A stretch of 64,000 nt of DNA from Mycobacteriales bacterium (lineage in GTDB: Bacteria; Actinomycetota; Actinomycetes; JAFAQI01): assembly GCA_035547035.1 (NCBI GenBank), contig DASZVL010000013.1, forward strand, positions 66,503-130,502, in the 5' to 3' direction. The position numbers and the translations under genes were made by a program. Below, piece after piece: positions 17,651-26,469 of the stretch. Position 1 is the first letter of the stretch, and each line of letters starts with the position of its first letter. The notes under the pieces are model-generated. The model was not told where the DNA came from. It saw only the letters and a program-made list of their open reading frames with translations, and did not search any database.

Positions 17651-19111
17651 TCAGTCGACAGCGGCAGCCAGCTCAGCCTCGGCCTGGCGCTCCTTGCCTT
17701 TCTTCACCCGCTTGACCATCGTCGGCGCAGCATCCGCGTCGACGACGGTGTAGGCGAAGCTCGCAGCGATCAACGCGATCCCCGCCGCGACGACGAACGC
17801 CCAGTGGAAGGCCGCGAGGTTCGGCCGCGGATGACCACCTACGACGTGTACGACGCCGACGGCGCTGATCACCGTCGTCAGGATCGCGACCCCGAGCGCG
17901 CTGCCGACCTGCCGAGCGGTGTTGAACAGCGTCGACCCCCGGCCGGTGGCAGCGTTGCTGATCGTCGCGAACGCCGCTGCCTGAGTCGGCGAGAAGACGT
18001 GTGCGATGGACACGCCGATGAAGAACATGATGATTCGCGGGACCCAGAGGCTGGTCGAGAAGCCCACCGCGGTCATCGCGAGTGCGAGCGCTGCCACGCC
18101 CGTCAAGCCGGCCATCATCAGCCGTCGAGGGCCGACATAGGGATAGGTCCGGGTGGCGATCTGGACGCCGACCATCACGCCGAGCGCCTCCGGGAAGGTG
18201 CTCAGTCCCGCGTTGAGCGCCGACAGGCCAAGTCCGTCCTGGAAGAACAGCGCGACGACGTACAACGTGCCGAGAAACGCCGCCATCGTGATGAACAAGA
18301 CGACTGTCGTCGAGCGGAACAACCGATTGCCCACGAGCCGCAGGTCGATCATCGGGGATTCCACACCTAGCTCGTAGCGCACGAGCACCGCCAGCAAGAC
18401 CAGCCCGGCGATCCCGATCCCGAGGATGAGCGGCGAGCTCCATCCTCTGCTCGGACCCTCTGACAGCGCGTACATCAGCGCCGGCAGCCCGGCGCCCGCG
18501 AGTAGGAAGCCGACGACGTCGAACCGGCCGGCGTCAGGCTCGCGGTGCTCCTTCAGGAACAGCGCCCCGAAGACGAGCGCCGCGACCCCGATCGGCAGGT
18601 TGACGAAGAACACCCAGCGCCACGAGACGTCGGTGACCAGCAAGCCGCCGAGAACCGGGCCGAGCGCAGGCGCGAACGCCGTGGGAATGATCAGGAGCCG
18701 CGCCGCTCTGACTCGCTCGGCAGGCGGAAACGTGCGATACAGCAACGCCATCCCGATCGGCGTCAGCATTCCGCCGCCGACGCCTTGCAGCACGCGGAAG
18801 ACAACGAGCTGCGGGAGCGACTGCGACGCTCCGCAGAGGGCCGATGCTCCGGTGAAGATCACGATCGCGAGCAGCAGCATCCGCTTCATCCCGAAGCGGT
18901 CACCGAGCCAGCCGGAAGCCGGGATGAAGATCGCCAGGCTCACCAGGAACCCGACGACAACCCCGTCGATGTGTGCCGGTGAGACACCGAACTGCTGGGC
19001 GAGCTTCGGCAACGTGACGTTGACGATGGTGATGTCCATGATCGCCATGAACATCGCCGAGACGTAGACCACGCTCACGGCGATCTTCTGCGGGATCCGG
19101 TCGGCGAGCAC
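17651..19111 (-). CDS. MFS transporter, DHA2 (EmrB/QacA) drug:H+ antiporter family
   Basis: 486 aa, 14 predicted TM segments; motif A GWLGDRFGMKRM, TM1 YVSAMFMAIMDITIVNVTLP. Confidence 0.85.
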   Translation of the reverse strand: MLADRIPQKIAVSVVYVSAMFMAIMDITIVNVTLPKLAQQFGVSPAHIDGVVVGFLVSLAIFIPASGWLGDRFGMKRMLLLAIVIFTGASALCGASQSLPQLVVFRVLQGVGGGMLTPIGMALLYRTFPPAERVRAARLLIIPTAFAPALGPVLGGLLVTDVSWRWVFFVNLPIGVAALVFGALFLKEHREPDAGRFDVVGFLLAGAGLPALMYALSEGPSRGWSSPLILGIGIAGLVLLAVLVRYELGVESPMIDLRLVGNRLFRSTTVVLFITMAAFLGTLYVVALFFQDGLGLSALNAGLSTFPEALGVMVGVQIATRTYPYVGPRRLMMAGLTGVAALALAMTAVGFSTSLWVPRIIMFFIGVSIAHVFSPTQAAAFATISNAATGRGSTLFNTARQVGSALGVAILTTVISAVGVVHVVGGHPRPNLAAFHWAFVVAAGIALIAASFAYTVVDADAAPTMVKRVKKGKERQAEAELAAAVD

Positions 19112-19180
19112 GTCTTAAGCCAACACCACCGACGCAACGGGGATTCCCGGCAGGTACGACGGCTCGCTGGACGAATCCTC

Positions 19181-20341
19181 GTGATCATGCGTCGGAGGGG
19201 ATGGCTGGCAGCGGCGTTCCTGCCTGCGCTGCTGGCAGGCCATGTTCCGACATCTGTTGCCGCGTCGCCGGCGGCGAAGAGTCCCTCGACCGCCGTGTCG
19301 TTGTGCCCGCCGGCAACGCCCACCGCCGACCCGACCCCGGCCGGCCCGATCCGGTTCGGCATCGACCCCGGCTTGGCGGGCAACCCGCTGCCCTCGCTCA
19401 ACGGCCCGGTCCCGATCAACCGACGGGGTGAGCGCGAGGCGCTGCACGCCCTCAAGCCGAAACACCGCGGGCTGGTGATCCGGCTGAACCGGCTCTTCTG
19501 GTCCGGCGGCGACACGCTGCTTCACACGTTCGCGCGTGAAGCCAGGTCCTACGCGAGGCAGGGATACGACGTCGAGGTCCAGGTGCGCTACCACCCGACC
19601 ACTGCCAACAACGGCAACCTGGACGGATGGTCGCGCTGGGTGCGCCACGTCGTCGACGTACTCGGCAAGAACAAGGCGCTCACCAGCTTGACGATCACCA
19701 ACGAGGTCAACCTCGCGATCTCGCCCAACACCTCGGACGGGTCGTTCAAGGCGGGCAAAGGCGCGCTGGTCCACGGCGTGGAGGCGGCGTACGACGAGCT
19801 TCGCGCGCACCACTGGGCGCATCGGGTGCTCGTCGGGTTCACCTTCGCCTACCGGCTCGACCCGACCGCCGACGCGCGACTGTTCGAGTTTCTGGCGAGC
19901 AACGGCGGCGCGAAGCTCCGCGCGGCGCTCGGCTTCGTGGGCCTCGACGCGTACCCGGGCACGGTGTATCCGCCGGCCCTGGTGCCACCGGTCGACACGG
20001 CCGAAACGGAGATGGCGTCCGCGATCGCGACGATGCGAACCTGCTACCTGCCGCTCGCGAAGATCCCGCCTACCACTCCGTTGTGGGTCACCGAGAACGG
20101 CTTCCCGTCCAACGGCAGCAGCAACACGTCACAGTCGAGCGCGCTGCGCGGCATGGTCGACGCGGTGCACGAGTACGGCGGCAGCTACAACGTCACCAAC
20201 TACCGCTGGTTCAACCTCCGCGACAACAGCTCACGCGGGAGCGGGTTGTTCGACCAGGACGGCCTGCTCCGCGACGACGACGTCAGAAAGCCGAGCTTCG
20301 CGCTCTACAAGAGCCTCATCGAGAAGTACGGCGCCCGCTAA
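19181..20341 (+). CDS. secreted TIM-barrel glycoside hydrolase-like protein (clan GH-A-like)
   Basis: Signal peptide MIMRRRGWLAAAFLPALLAGHV; putative acid/base ITNEVN and nucleophile WVTENGF spaced about 120 aa apart as in GH-A enzymes; family not assignable. Confidence 0.45.
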   Translation: MIMRRRGWLAAAFLPALLAGHVPTSVAASPAAKSPSTAVSLCPPATPTADPTPAGPIRFGIDPGLAGNPLPSLNGPVPINRRGEREALHALKPKHRGLVIRLNRLFWSGGDTLLHTFAREARSYARQGYDVEVQVRYHPTTANNGNLDGWSRWVRHVVDVLGKNKALTSLTITNEVNLAISPNTSDGSFKAGKGALVHGVEAAYDELRAHHWAHRVLVGFTFAYRLDPTADARLFEFLASNGGAKLRAALGFVGLDAYPGTVYPPALVPPVDTAETEMASAIATMRTCYLPLAKIPPTTPLWVTENGFPSNGSSNTSQSSALRGMVDAVHEYGGSYNVTNYRWFNLRDNSSRGSGLFDQDGLLRDDDVRKPSFALYKSLIEKYGAR

Positions 20342-20901
20342 CGCGCGACGCGGTAGCGGCTGTAGATGACGCCGCTGGTGAGCTCCGTGGATTCGACGAG
20401 CTCGAGATCCACGCGGCGTTCGTCCCGCGCGAAGAACGGGATGCCGCCGCCGAGCAGCACCGGGGACAGGCGGATCAGGTACTCATCGATCAGACCGAGC
20501 GCCGCGACCTGGGCCGCCAACCCGGCGCCACCGATTGCGATCGCACCCTCGCCCGGTTCGGCCCGCAATCGCTCGATCTCTTCGCCGACGCCGCCGGACG
20601 CAAGGCGGGCATTGCCGACAACGGCTGCCAGCGTCCTCGAGAAGACCACCTTCGGCAGTGGCTTCCACAACGACGTCCACTCCTGCTCCGGCTCGCTGAG
20701 CGCAGGATCCTGGTCGGCCGTCTCCCAGTAGAGCATCGTCTCGTAGAGGCGCCGCCCCATCAGGTGCACGTCGACCTGCTTGATCTCCTCGAGGGCGACG
20801 TTGAAGGCCTGCTCGTCCGGCGCCGTCCAGTCGATGGTGCCGTCCGATCCGACGATGTATCCGTCGAGCGAGACGCCCATCGAGTAGGTCACACGACGCA
20901 T
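20338..20901 (-). CDS. dihydrofolate reductase-family protein (RibD C-terminal domain)
   Basis: MRRVTYSMGVSLDGYIVGSDGTIDW... and C-terminal LIDEYLIRLSPVLLGGGIPFF typical of the RibD_C/DHFR-like family; start trimmed to the internal ATG. Confidence 0.75.
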   Translation of the reverse strand: MRRVTYSMGVSLDGYIVGSDGTIDWTAPDEQAFNVALEEIKQVDVHLMGRRLYETMLYWETADQDPALSEPEQEWTSLWKPLPKVVFSRTLAAVVGNARLASGGVGEEIERLRAEPGEGAIAIGGAGLAAQVAALGLIDEYLIRLSPVLLGGGIPFFARDERRVDLELVESTELTSGVIYSRYRVAR

Positions 20902-20914
20902 CGGTGCGACGCCA

Positions 20915-22282
20915 CTATCCCTGCGCGGCCGACAGGGCCCGCTTGCCACTGCCGGCGTCCAGCTCCGCGGGGTAGGTCTTGTGGTCGGTCGTGAACTCGG
21001 GTGTGCCGTAGGCCTTGAGCCGCTTCTTCAACACGCGGATCGCGTAGCGGTCGCAGACCCCGCGGAGCGCCGGCAGCTTGCTCGCGGCCGTGACGACCGT
21101 GTTGCGGCCGATGATGAACGGCGACGTGAGGCCGACCAGCGCGACGTCCCGGGCCCGCAGGCGCACCCCCATCCGTTCGGCCGCGCCCCGGTCACCGTTG
21201 CAGAACGCCCGGACGAACCCGACCCGGCTCCAGCTCTTCTCCACGGTCTCCAGCGCGCGATCGACCAAACCGTGCCCAGGGCGGACGTACGCCGCCATCG
21301 TTGAGCGCACCAGCTCACCGCACGTCGCATCGTCGAAGCCGTCGCGAAGCAGCGCGCCGCGGCCGTTGAAGACGTCGACGATCTCCCTCGGGTCACTCGG
21401 GAGCAGCTCGTCGGGCAGGCCGAGCAGGAAGCAGCGGTACCGGCTGAAGTCGACCACCGCGCGCTCGGCGTCGGTGAACTGCGTGTCGCCTCGCTTCAGC
21501 ACCTCGGCCGCCGCCATGTAGACGTTGATGAGTCCGGCCGGCATCTGGTCGACCTGCGGCACCGGCATGCCGTAGACCTCGGCATCCCACTTGTCCGAGC
21601 GCTTGAGCGCGTTGAAGCGGACCATCGAATGCATCAGCCGGACCATCGCTGCGGCAGCGAACCCGGGCCCGTAACGCTCCAGGGCGCCCGGCATCGTCGT
21701 CACCGAGAAGAAGCTCGAGGTCTCGTTGACCCGGTGCGCGGCGCGAGCCCCGGACAAAGCTCCGGTGAGCGCCATCGGCAGCGCGGCATAGCTGTTGATG
21801 AAGGTGCCGAGGAAGACCCCGCGGATGATGAACGGCGCGACGAATGCCGCAGGGATCCGGGCCTGGCGCGCGCCTTCCTCTACCACTCGCATGTCGACCC
21901 AGTCCGGCGTCGCCTCCATCGAGGCGATCAACGCCCGCAGCTCCTCCGGCGCATCGGGCACCGCGTCGATCCCCTCGCGGCAGGCCAGCGTGAGCATCGC
22001 GGTCAGTCCCCGGAGGCCGAACTCGTCCACTAGCGAGGCATACGGGTCCGCGACGACGTCACCCAGCATCGTCGCCGTGCGGATCAGCTCGACGACGCGC
22101 TCGTTGCGCAGGACCCGCTCGCGATCACCGAGCCACGACGGCAGCGCCGAGGGCACCGCCGGATCGGTCGTGTGACGGTACGGCGGTCGGGTGAAGTCGA
22201 TGCCACCGTAGAGGTCCGGTTGCAGCTCGGCCTGGCCGATGACTCGTTTCGCCAGCTCCGGGTAGTGCACCGTCACGAGCAC
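20915..22282 (-). CDS. MpaB/DUF2236-family oxygenase-like protein
   Basis: 455 aa; resembles the ER-bound oxygenase mpaB / rubber oxygenase-like family; weakly supported. Confidence 0.5.
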   Translation of the reverse strand: MLVTVHYPELAKRVIGQAELQPDLYGGIDFTRPPYRHTTDPAVPSALPSWLGDRERVLRNERVVELIRTATMLGDVVADPYASLVDEFGLRGLTAMLTLACREGIDAVPDAPEELRALIASMEATPDWVDMRVVEEGARQARIPAAFVAPFIIRGVFLGTFINSYAALPMALTGALSGARAAHRVNETSSFFSVTTMPGALERYGPGFAAAAMVRLMHSMVRFNALKRSDKWDAEVYGMPVPQVDQMPAGLINVYMAAAEVLKRGDTQFTDAERAVVDFSRYRCFLLGLPDELLPSDPREIVDVFNGRGALLRDGFDDATCGELVRSTMAAYVRPGHGLVDRALETVEKSWSRVGFVRAFCNGDRGAAERMGVRLRARDVALVGLTSPFIIGRNTVVTAASKLPALRGVCDRYAIRVLKKRLKAYGTPEFTTDHKTYPAELDAGSGKRALSAAQG

Positions 22283-22348
22283 CTCGCCTCATGTCCCTCT
22301 CAACGCGCCTGCTTGATATTGACAGATTGCCAGTACGGGCGCAGAAGG

Positions 22349-23206
22349 TCAGCCGTTGAGCCAGCCGGTGATCAACCAGTGAGCGATCGAGGTCGGGGGC
22401 GGCAGGATCGCATTCTCGGTGACCAGCTCGTCGCGGGTGAACCAGCGCACGTCTTCGAGCTCGTGGTCGCGGGTCGCGACGTCGCCCCCGACCACCCGCG
22501 CCTCGTAGCCGAGCATCAGCGACTGCGGGAACGGCCACGGCTGGCTCGCCTGGTAGGCCACCTCCTCGACGAGTACGCCGGTCTCCTCACGGACCTCGCG
22601 GTGCACCGCCTGCTCAGCGGACTCGCCCGCTTCGACGAAACCGGCAATCGTCGAGTAGCGGCCGCGTGGCCACGACGGCTGCCGGCCCAGCAGCGCGCGA
22701 TCTCCGCCGTCGTGCAGCAGGACGATGATCGCCGGATCCGTTCGCGGGAAGTGCTGCGAGCTGTCGACGTCGCACACCCGTGACCAGCCGGCCTGGGTGA
22801 TCCTCGTCTGGGCACCGCAGCGGGGACAGAACTGGTGTGAGGCGTGCCAGTTGCCCAGCGCGACCAACGTGACCAGCAAGCCCGCCTCGAGGTCTGACAA
22901 CGCGGCCCCGACCTCACGCAGACCCAGCAGCCGAGCGCCGAGCACGTTGCGCGGCGTACCGGTGGAGCCCCAGTAGGCGACCCCGTCGTCGCCGACGCCA
23001 AGGAGAACCCGCTCCCCCTCGCCGTCCCACGACGCGGGGCTGACGAACCGGAGCTCGGGACCGCCGTCCTCTGCGACCATCGCCCGGCCGTCGGCGTCGA
23101 GGACCAGCAGCTTGCCCGTCTCCCACGCCTCGGCAAGCCACTCGGCGTCGTCCCGCCGCTGTGCCGCACGATCGACCGCCGTGCGCGACAGCGCGGGAAT
23201 GCTCAC
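22349..23206 (-). CDS. nudC: NAD+ diphosphatase NudC (Nudix)
   Basis: Zn ribbon CPRCGAQT...C..D, Nudix box [23 protein letters not shown]; start ATG overlaps the adnB stop (ATGA). Confidence 0.9.
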   Translation of the reverse strand: MSIPALSRTAVDRAAQRRDDAEWLAEAWETGKLLVLDADGRAMVAEDGGPELRFVSPASWDGEGERVLLGVGDDGVAYWGSTGTPRNVLGARLLGLREVGAALSDLEAGLLVTLVALGNWHASHQFCPRCGAQTRITQAGWSRVCDVDSSQHFPRTDPAIIVLLHDGGDRALLGRQPSWPRGRYSTIAGFVEAGESAEQAVHREVREETGVLVEEVAYQASQPWPFPQSLMLGYEARVVGGDVATRDHELEDVRWFTRDELVTENAILPPPTSIAHWLITGWLNG

Positions 23207-26200
23207 GCAGTCACCGTAGAGCCCGACAGCAGGACGGCGAGCTCGTCGTGGCTCAGCAGGTGTCGCGGCCGCTCGACGTGGGAGTCGCGCACGTAGAGGA
23301 ATCCCGCGGTCACGACCTCCGGGGCGACCCCGGCCAGGTCAGCCCAGGCCAGCCGGTAGATCGACAGTTGCAGCGCCGCCGCTTCGAAGTCGGCGCCGGA
23401 CGGCTGCTTGCCGGTCTTGAAGTCGATGACGTCGAAGCCACCGCCGTCGGTCGGGTAGATCGCGTCGATGCGGCCGCGCAGGAGCCGCCCACCGACCGTC
23501 ATCTCGAACGGCGCCTCCACCTTGACCGGGATCCGCTGCGCCCAGCCGCTGGCGAGGAACTTCTCCTGCAGGCCGGTCAGCTCCGCGTCGCTGAGCTCCT
23601 CGTCGCCCGCGCCGGGAAGGTCGTCGGGGTCGAGCAGCGCGGCGCCGGCCACGCTGTAGAGACCCTCGACCCACTGATGGAACCGGGAGCCGCGCCGGGC
23701 CTGCGGCTGCGGCCGCGACGGCACCGGACGAGCGAGCGCCGCCGCGAACGCGTCCTCGTCGCGGGCGAGCGCCACCACCTGGCTCGTGGTGAGCCGCGCC
23801 GGGACCGCAACCGCGATGGTTCGCGAGCGGCGGCGATGGGCCTCGTCGATCAGCAGCGCCGTGTCGCGCCGCCAGTCAGCGGCGACGCCGGCGTCGTCGC
23901 CGGCCACTTCGACCATCGGCCGCAGCGCGCCGCGTGCCTGCTCGACGAGGCCGGCCGCCGCCCGCCGCCGCGCGGTCTCCGCCGGGTCCGGCAACGCCGG
24001 CCACGCGATGTCGATGACACCTGCCTCGACGATCGGGTTCGCGGTCGCGTCCTCAGGCATCTCGCACCACACGTCGACGCTGACGGTGGGCTCACCGAGC
24101 TCCGCGACCTCCGTGAGGAAAACCGACGTGGCGCACGGGTCCTTGCGCGTCGCGATCCAGGTGTACGCCGACAGCCACAGCCGGTGACGCGCGCGGGTGA
24201 AGGCGACGTAGGCGAGCCGCCGCTCCTCGTCGTCGGAGTCGGACTTGCACTCCTCCTTGAACGCCTTCTCGTCGGCGGTCGTCTCATACGCCCGCAGCAC
24301 CGGCAGATCCTCGCTGTCGCCACGGCAGGCGAACGGCAGCACGGCAGCGCCGGTGACCCAGCTCGACCGCGACAGACGCGTCGGGAAGACCTGGTCGACC
24401 AGTCCCGGCACCGCGACGACATCCCACTCGAGACCCTTCGCGGCATGGATCGTCATCAGCTTCACGGTGTCGGCGTCGGACACCGCACCGAGGTCGAGTC
24501 CGCGCTCGTTGTCCGCGGCTGCCTTGAGGTAGGCGAGGAACGCGACGAGATCGGCCTCCCCGTCGATGCCGTTGAACTGCGCGGTCACGTCGAGGAAGGC
24601 ATGGATGTTGGCGAGCCGGGCCGCGGCGAGGGCGGCATCGCCCGCTTCGACCTCGACGTCGAGACCTGATGCGGCGATCACCTCGGTGACCAGGTCGACG
24701 AGCGGCTGCCCGACGAGCCGCCGGAGCCGCCGGATCTCGGCGACGAAGCGCGCGAGCCGCTCGTACGCCTCCGGCGAGTACGCCGCGGGCGGGCCGGGCG
24801 ACTCGATCGCCTCGAGCAGGGACGGCGCCTCCACCGGGTCGGCCGTGCTGGTCGCCTGCGCCAGCACCTCGTTGAGTCCCTGCTTGACCGCCGGCTCGTC
24901 TGCGGGCGCCTCTTCCGCGCTGTCGATGACGAGACCATCGTCGGTTCCCGGTTGCTCGACCACGCGCAGCCGCGCGAGATGCCCGGCGCGCCGCCCGATC
25001 GCGGCCATGTCCCGCACGCCGATCCGCCAGCGCGGTCCGGTCAGCAACCGCACCGCCGATGCATTCGCGGTGCCGTCGGCGAGCAGTGTGAGCGTGGCGA
25101 CGATGTCACTGACCTCGGGCATCGCGAGCAGGCCGCCGAGTCCGACGACCTCGACCGGGATGTCGCGCAGCACCATCGCCTGGTGCAGCCGCGGGAAGTC
25201 GGTGCGACGCCGACCCAGGACCGCGATCTGGCCGGCCGGCGTACCGGCCTGCATCACCGCGACGATGCGCTGTGCGAGCCAGTCCGCCTCGTCGTGCGCC
25301 GTCGGCAGCCGGGCGATGCTCACCTCACCGGCGTCGTCGCGCCCTGCGACCGCCCGCAAGCCGGGCAGCACGAGGCGGGACCTGGCCTTGCGAACCAGCG
25401 AGTCGTGCAGCGGCGTCGCCACGACGTTCGCGACCGCGAGGATGCGCCCGTCGCAGCGGAAGCTCGTCATCAGCGGCATGGCCGCAACCTGCTTGCCTCG
25501 CACACCGAAGTGCTCCGAGAAGCGCGACAGGTTCGACGCGGACGCTCCGCGCCAGCCATAGATCGCCTGGTTCGCGTCACCGACCGCGGTGACCGCGTGC
25601 CCGTCGCCGAACAACGTCGAGAACAGCACGCGCTGAGCGACGCCGGTGTCCTGGTACTCGTCGAGCACCACCACCTGGTAGCGCTCCCGCTCGATCGTCG
25701 CGACCTCCGTGGACGCCTCGGCTACCGCACAGGCAAGCGCCACCTGGTCACCGAAGTCGATGAGGTCCAGCCGCGCCTTCTCCTCGCTGTAGAGCGAGAC
25801 CAGCGTGAGCAGCTCGTCGCGAGCGAGCGTCATCGAGACCATCTTCTTGGCCCACGCCAGCGGCTTCGCCAGCTCCTCGACGGCGCGGCGCACCGCTGCG
25901 TCGTGACGCCGGACGGCATCCGCCGTGCACAGGTGGTCTGACAGGTCGCCGGCGAGCGCGACAACCATCTCGGCGACGTACGGCGTGGTCCAGTCCAGGT
26001 TCGGGAACGGTCCGGGCGCGCGGCTCGCGACCCGCATCGCCAGCTGCCACTGCACGGCTTCGGTGAGCAGCGTGGCGCCGGGCTCGCGGCCGATCCGCAG
26101 CGCGTGGTCGCGCACGATCTGCGCGGCATAGGAGTTGTACGTCGCAACCGTCGGGAGGTCCTCGTGGTCCTCCACGTCGCTGCGCGCCGGGAGCGCCGCG

Positions 26201-26469
26201 AGACACAAGCGGACCCGCTCAGCCAGCTCAGCGGCTGCCTTGTTCGTGAAGGTCACGCCAAGGATCCGGTCCGCCGGCACCGCGTAGTGCGCAACCGCGT
26301 GGACGACGCGCGCCGCCATGACCATCGTCTTGCCCGAGCCCGCGCCTGCGATGACGAGCTGTGGCTCGAGCGGAGCGGTGATGACCGCCATCTGCTCGGC
26401 GGTGAAGTCCTTCCCGAGCAGGTCACGCAGGTAGGACCCGTCGGCCGTCGGCCGGATGCGCGCGCTCAC
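23203..26469 (-). CDS. adnB: AdnB-like helicase-nuclease subunit (UvrD-like motor plus RecB-like nuclease)
   Basis: Walker A IAGAGSGKTMVMAARVVH, UvrD helicase motifs, C-terminal PD-(D/E)XK nuclease GRIDAIY...DVIDFKTGK; start set to GTG 26469 overlapping the adnA stop (GTGA); six-frame ORF extends spuriously to 26709. Confidence 0.85.
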   Translation of the reverse strand: MSARIRPTADGSYLRDLLGKDFTAEQMAVITAPLEPQLVIAGAGSGKTMVMAARVVHAVAHYAVPADRILGVTFTNKAAAELAERVRLCLAALPARSDVEDHEDLPTVATYNSYAAQIVRDHALRIGREPGATLLTEAVQWQLAMRVASRAPGPFPNLDWTTPYVAEMVVALAGDLSDHLCTADAVRRHDAAVRRAVEELAKPLAWAKKMVSMTLARDELLTLVSLYSEEKARLDLIDFGDQVALACAVAEASTEVATIERERYQVVVLDEYQDTGVAQRVLFSTLFGDGHAVTAVGDANQAIYGWRGASASNLSRFSEHFGVRGKQVAAMPLMTSFRCDGRILAVANVVATPLHDSLVRKARSRLVLPGLRAVAGRDDAGEVSIARLPTAHDEADWLAQRIVAVMQAGTPAGQIAVLGRRRTDFPRLHQAMVLRDIPVEVVGLGGLLAMPEVSDIVATLTLLADGTANASAVRLLTGPRWRIGVRDMAAIGRRAGHLARLRVVEQPGTDDGLVIDSAEEAPADEPAVKQGLNEVLAQATSTADPVEAPSLLEAIESPGPPAAYSPEAYERLARFVAEIRRLRRLVGQPLVDLVTEVIAASGLDVEVEAGDAALAAARLANIHAFLDVTAQFNGIDGEADLVAFLAYLKAAADNERGLDLGAVSDADTVKLMTIHAAKGLEWDVVAVPGLVDQVFPTRLSRSSWVTGAAVLPFACRGDSEDLPVLRAYETTADEKAFKEECKSDSDDEERRLAYVAFTRARHRLWLSAYTWIATRKDPCATSVFLTEVAELGEPTVSVDVWCEMPEDATANPIVEAGVIDIAWPALPDPAETARRRAAAGLVEQARGALRPMVEVAGDDAGVAADWRRDTALLIDEAHRRRSRTIAVAVPARLTTSQVVALARDEDAFAAALARPVPSRPQPQARRGSRFHQWVEGLYSVAGAALLDPDDLPGAGDEELSDAELTGLQEKFLASGWAQRIPVKVEAPFEMTVGGRLLRGRIDAIYPTDGGGFDVIDFKTGKQPSGADFEAAALQLSIYRLAWADLAGVAPEVVTAGFLYVRDSHVERPRHLLSHDELAVLLSGSTVTA

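Noticed and set aside
23161-24669. 502-aa plus-strand ORF, and similar ORFs at 28533..29729, 13934..15898 and 9129..10529
   Set aside because: All are antisense to strongly supported helicase or phosphatase genes and have junk-like Arg/Asp/Gly composition.
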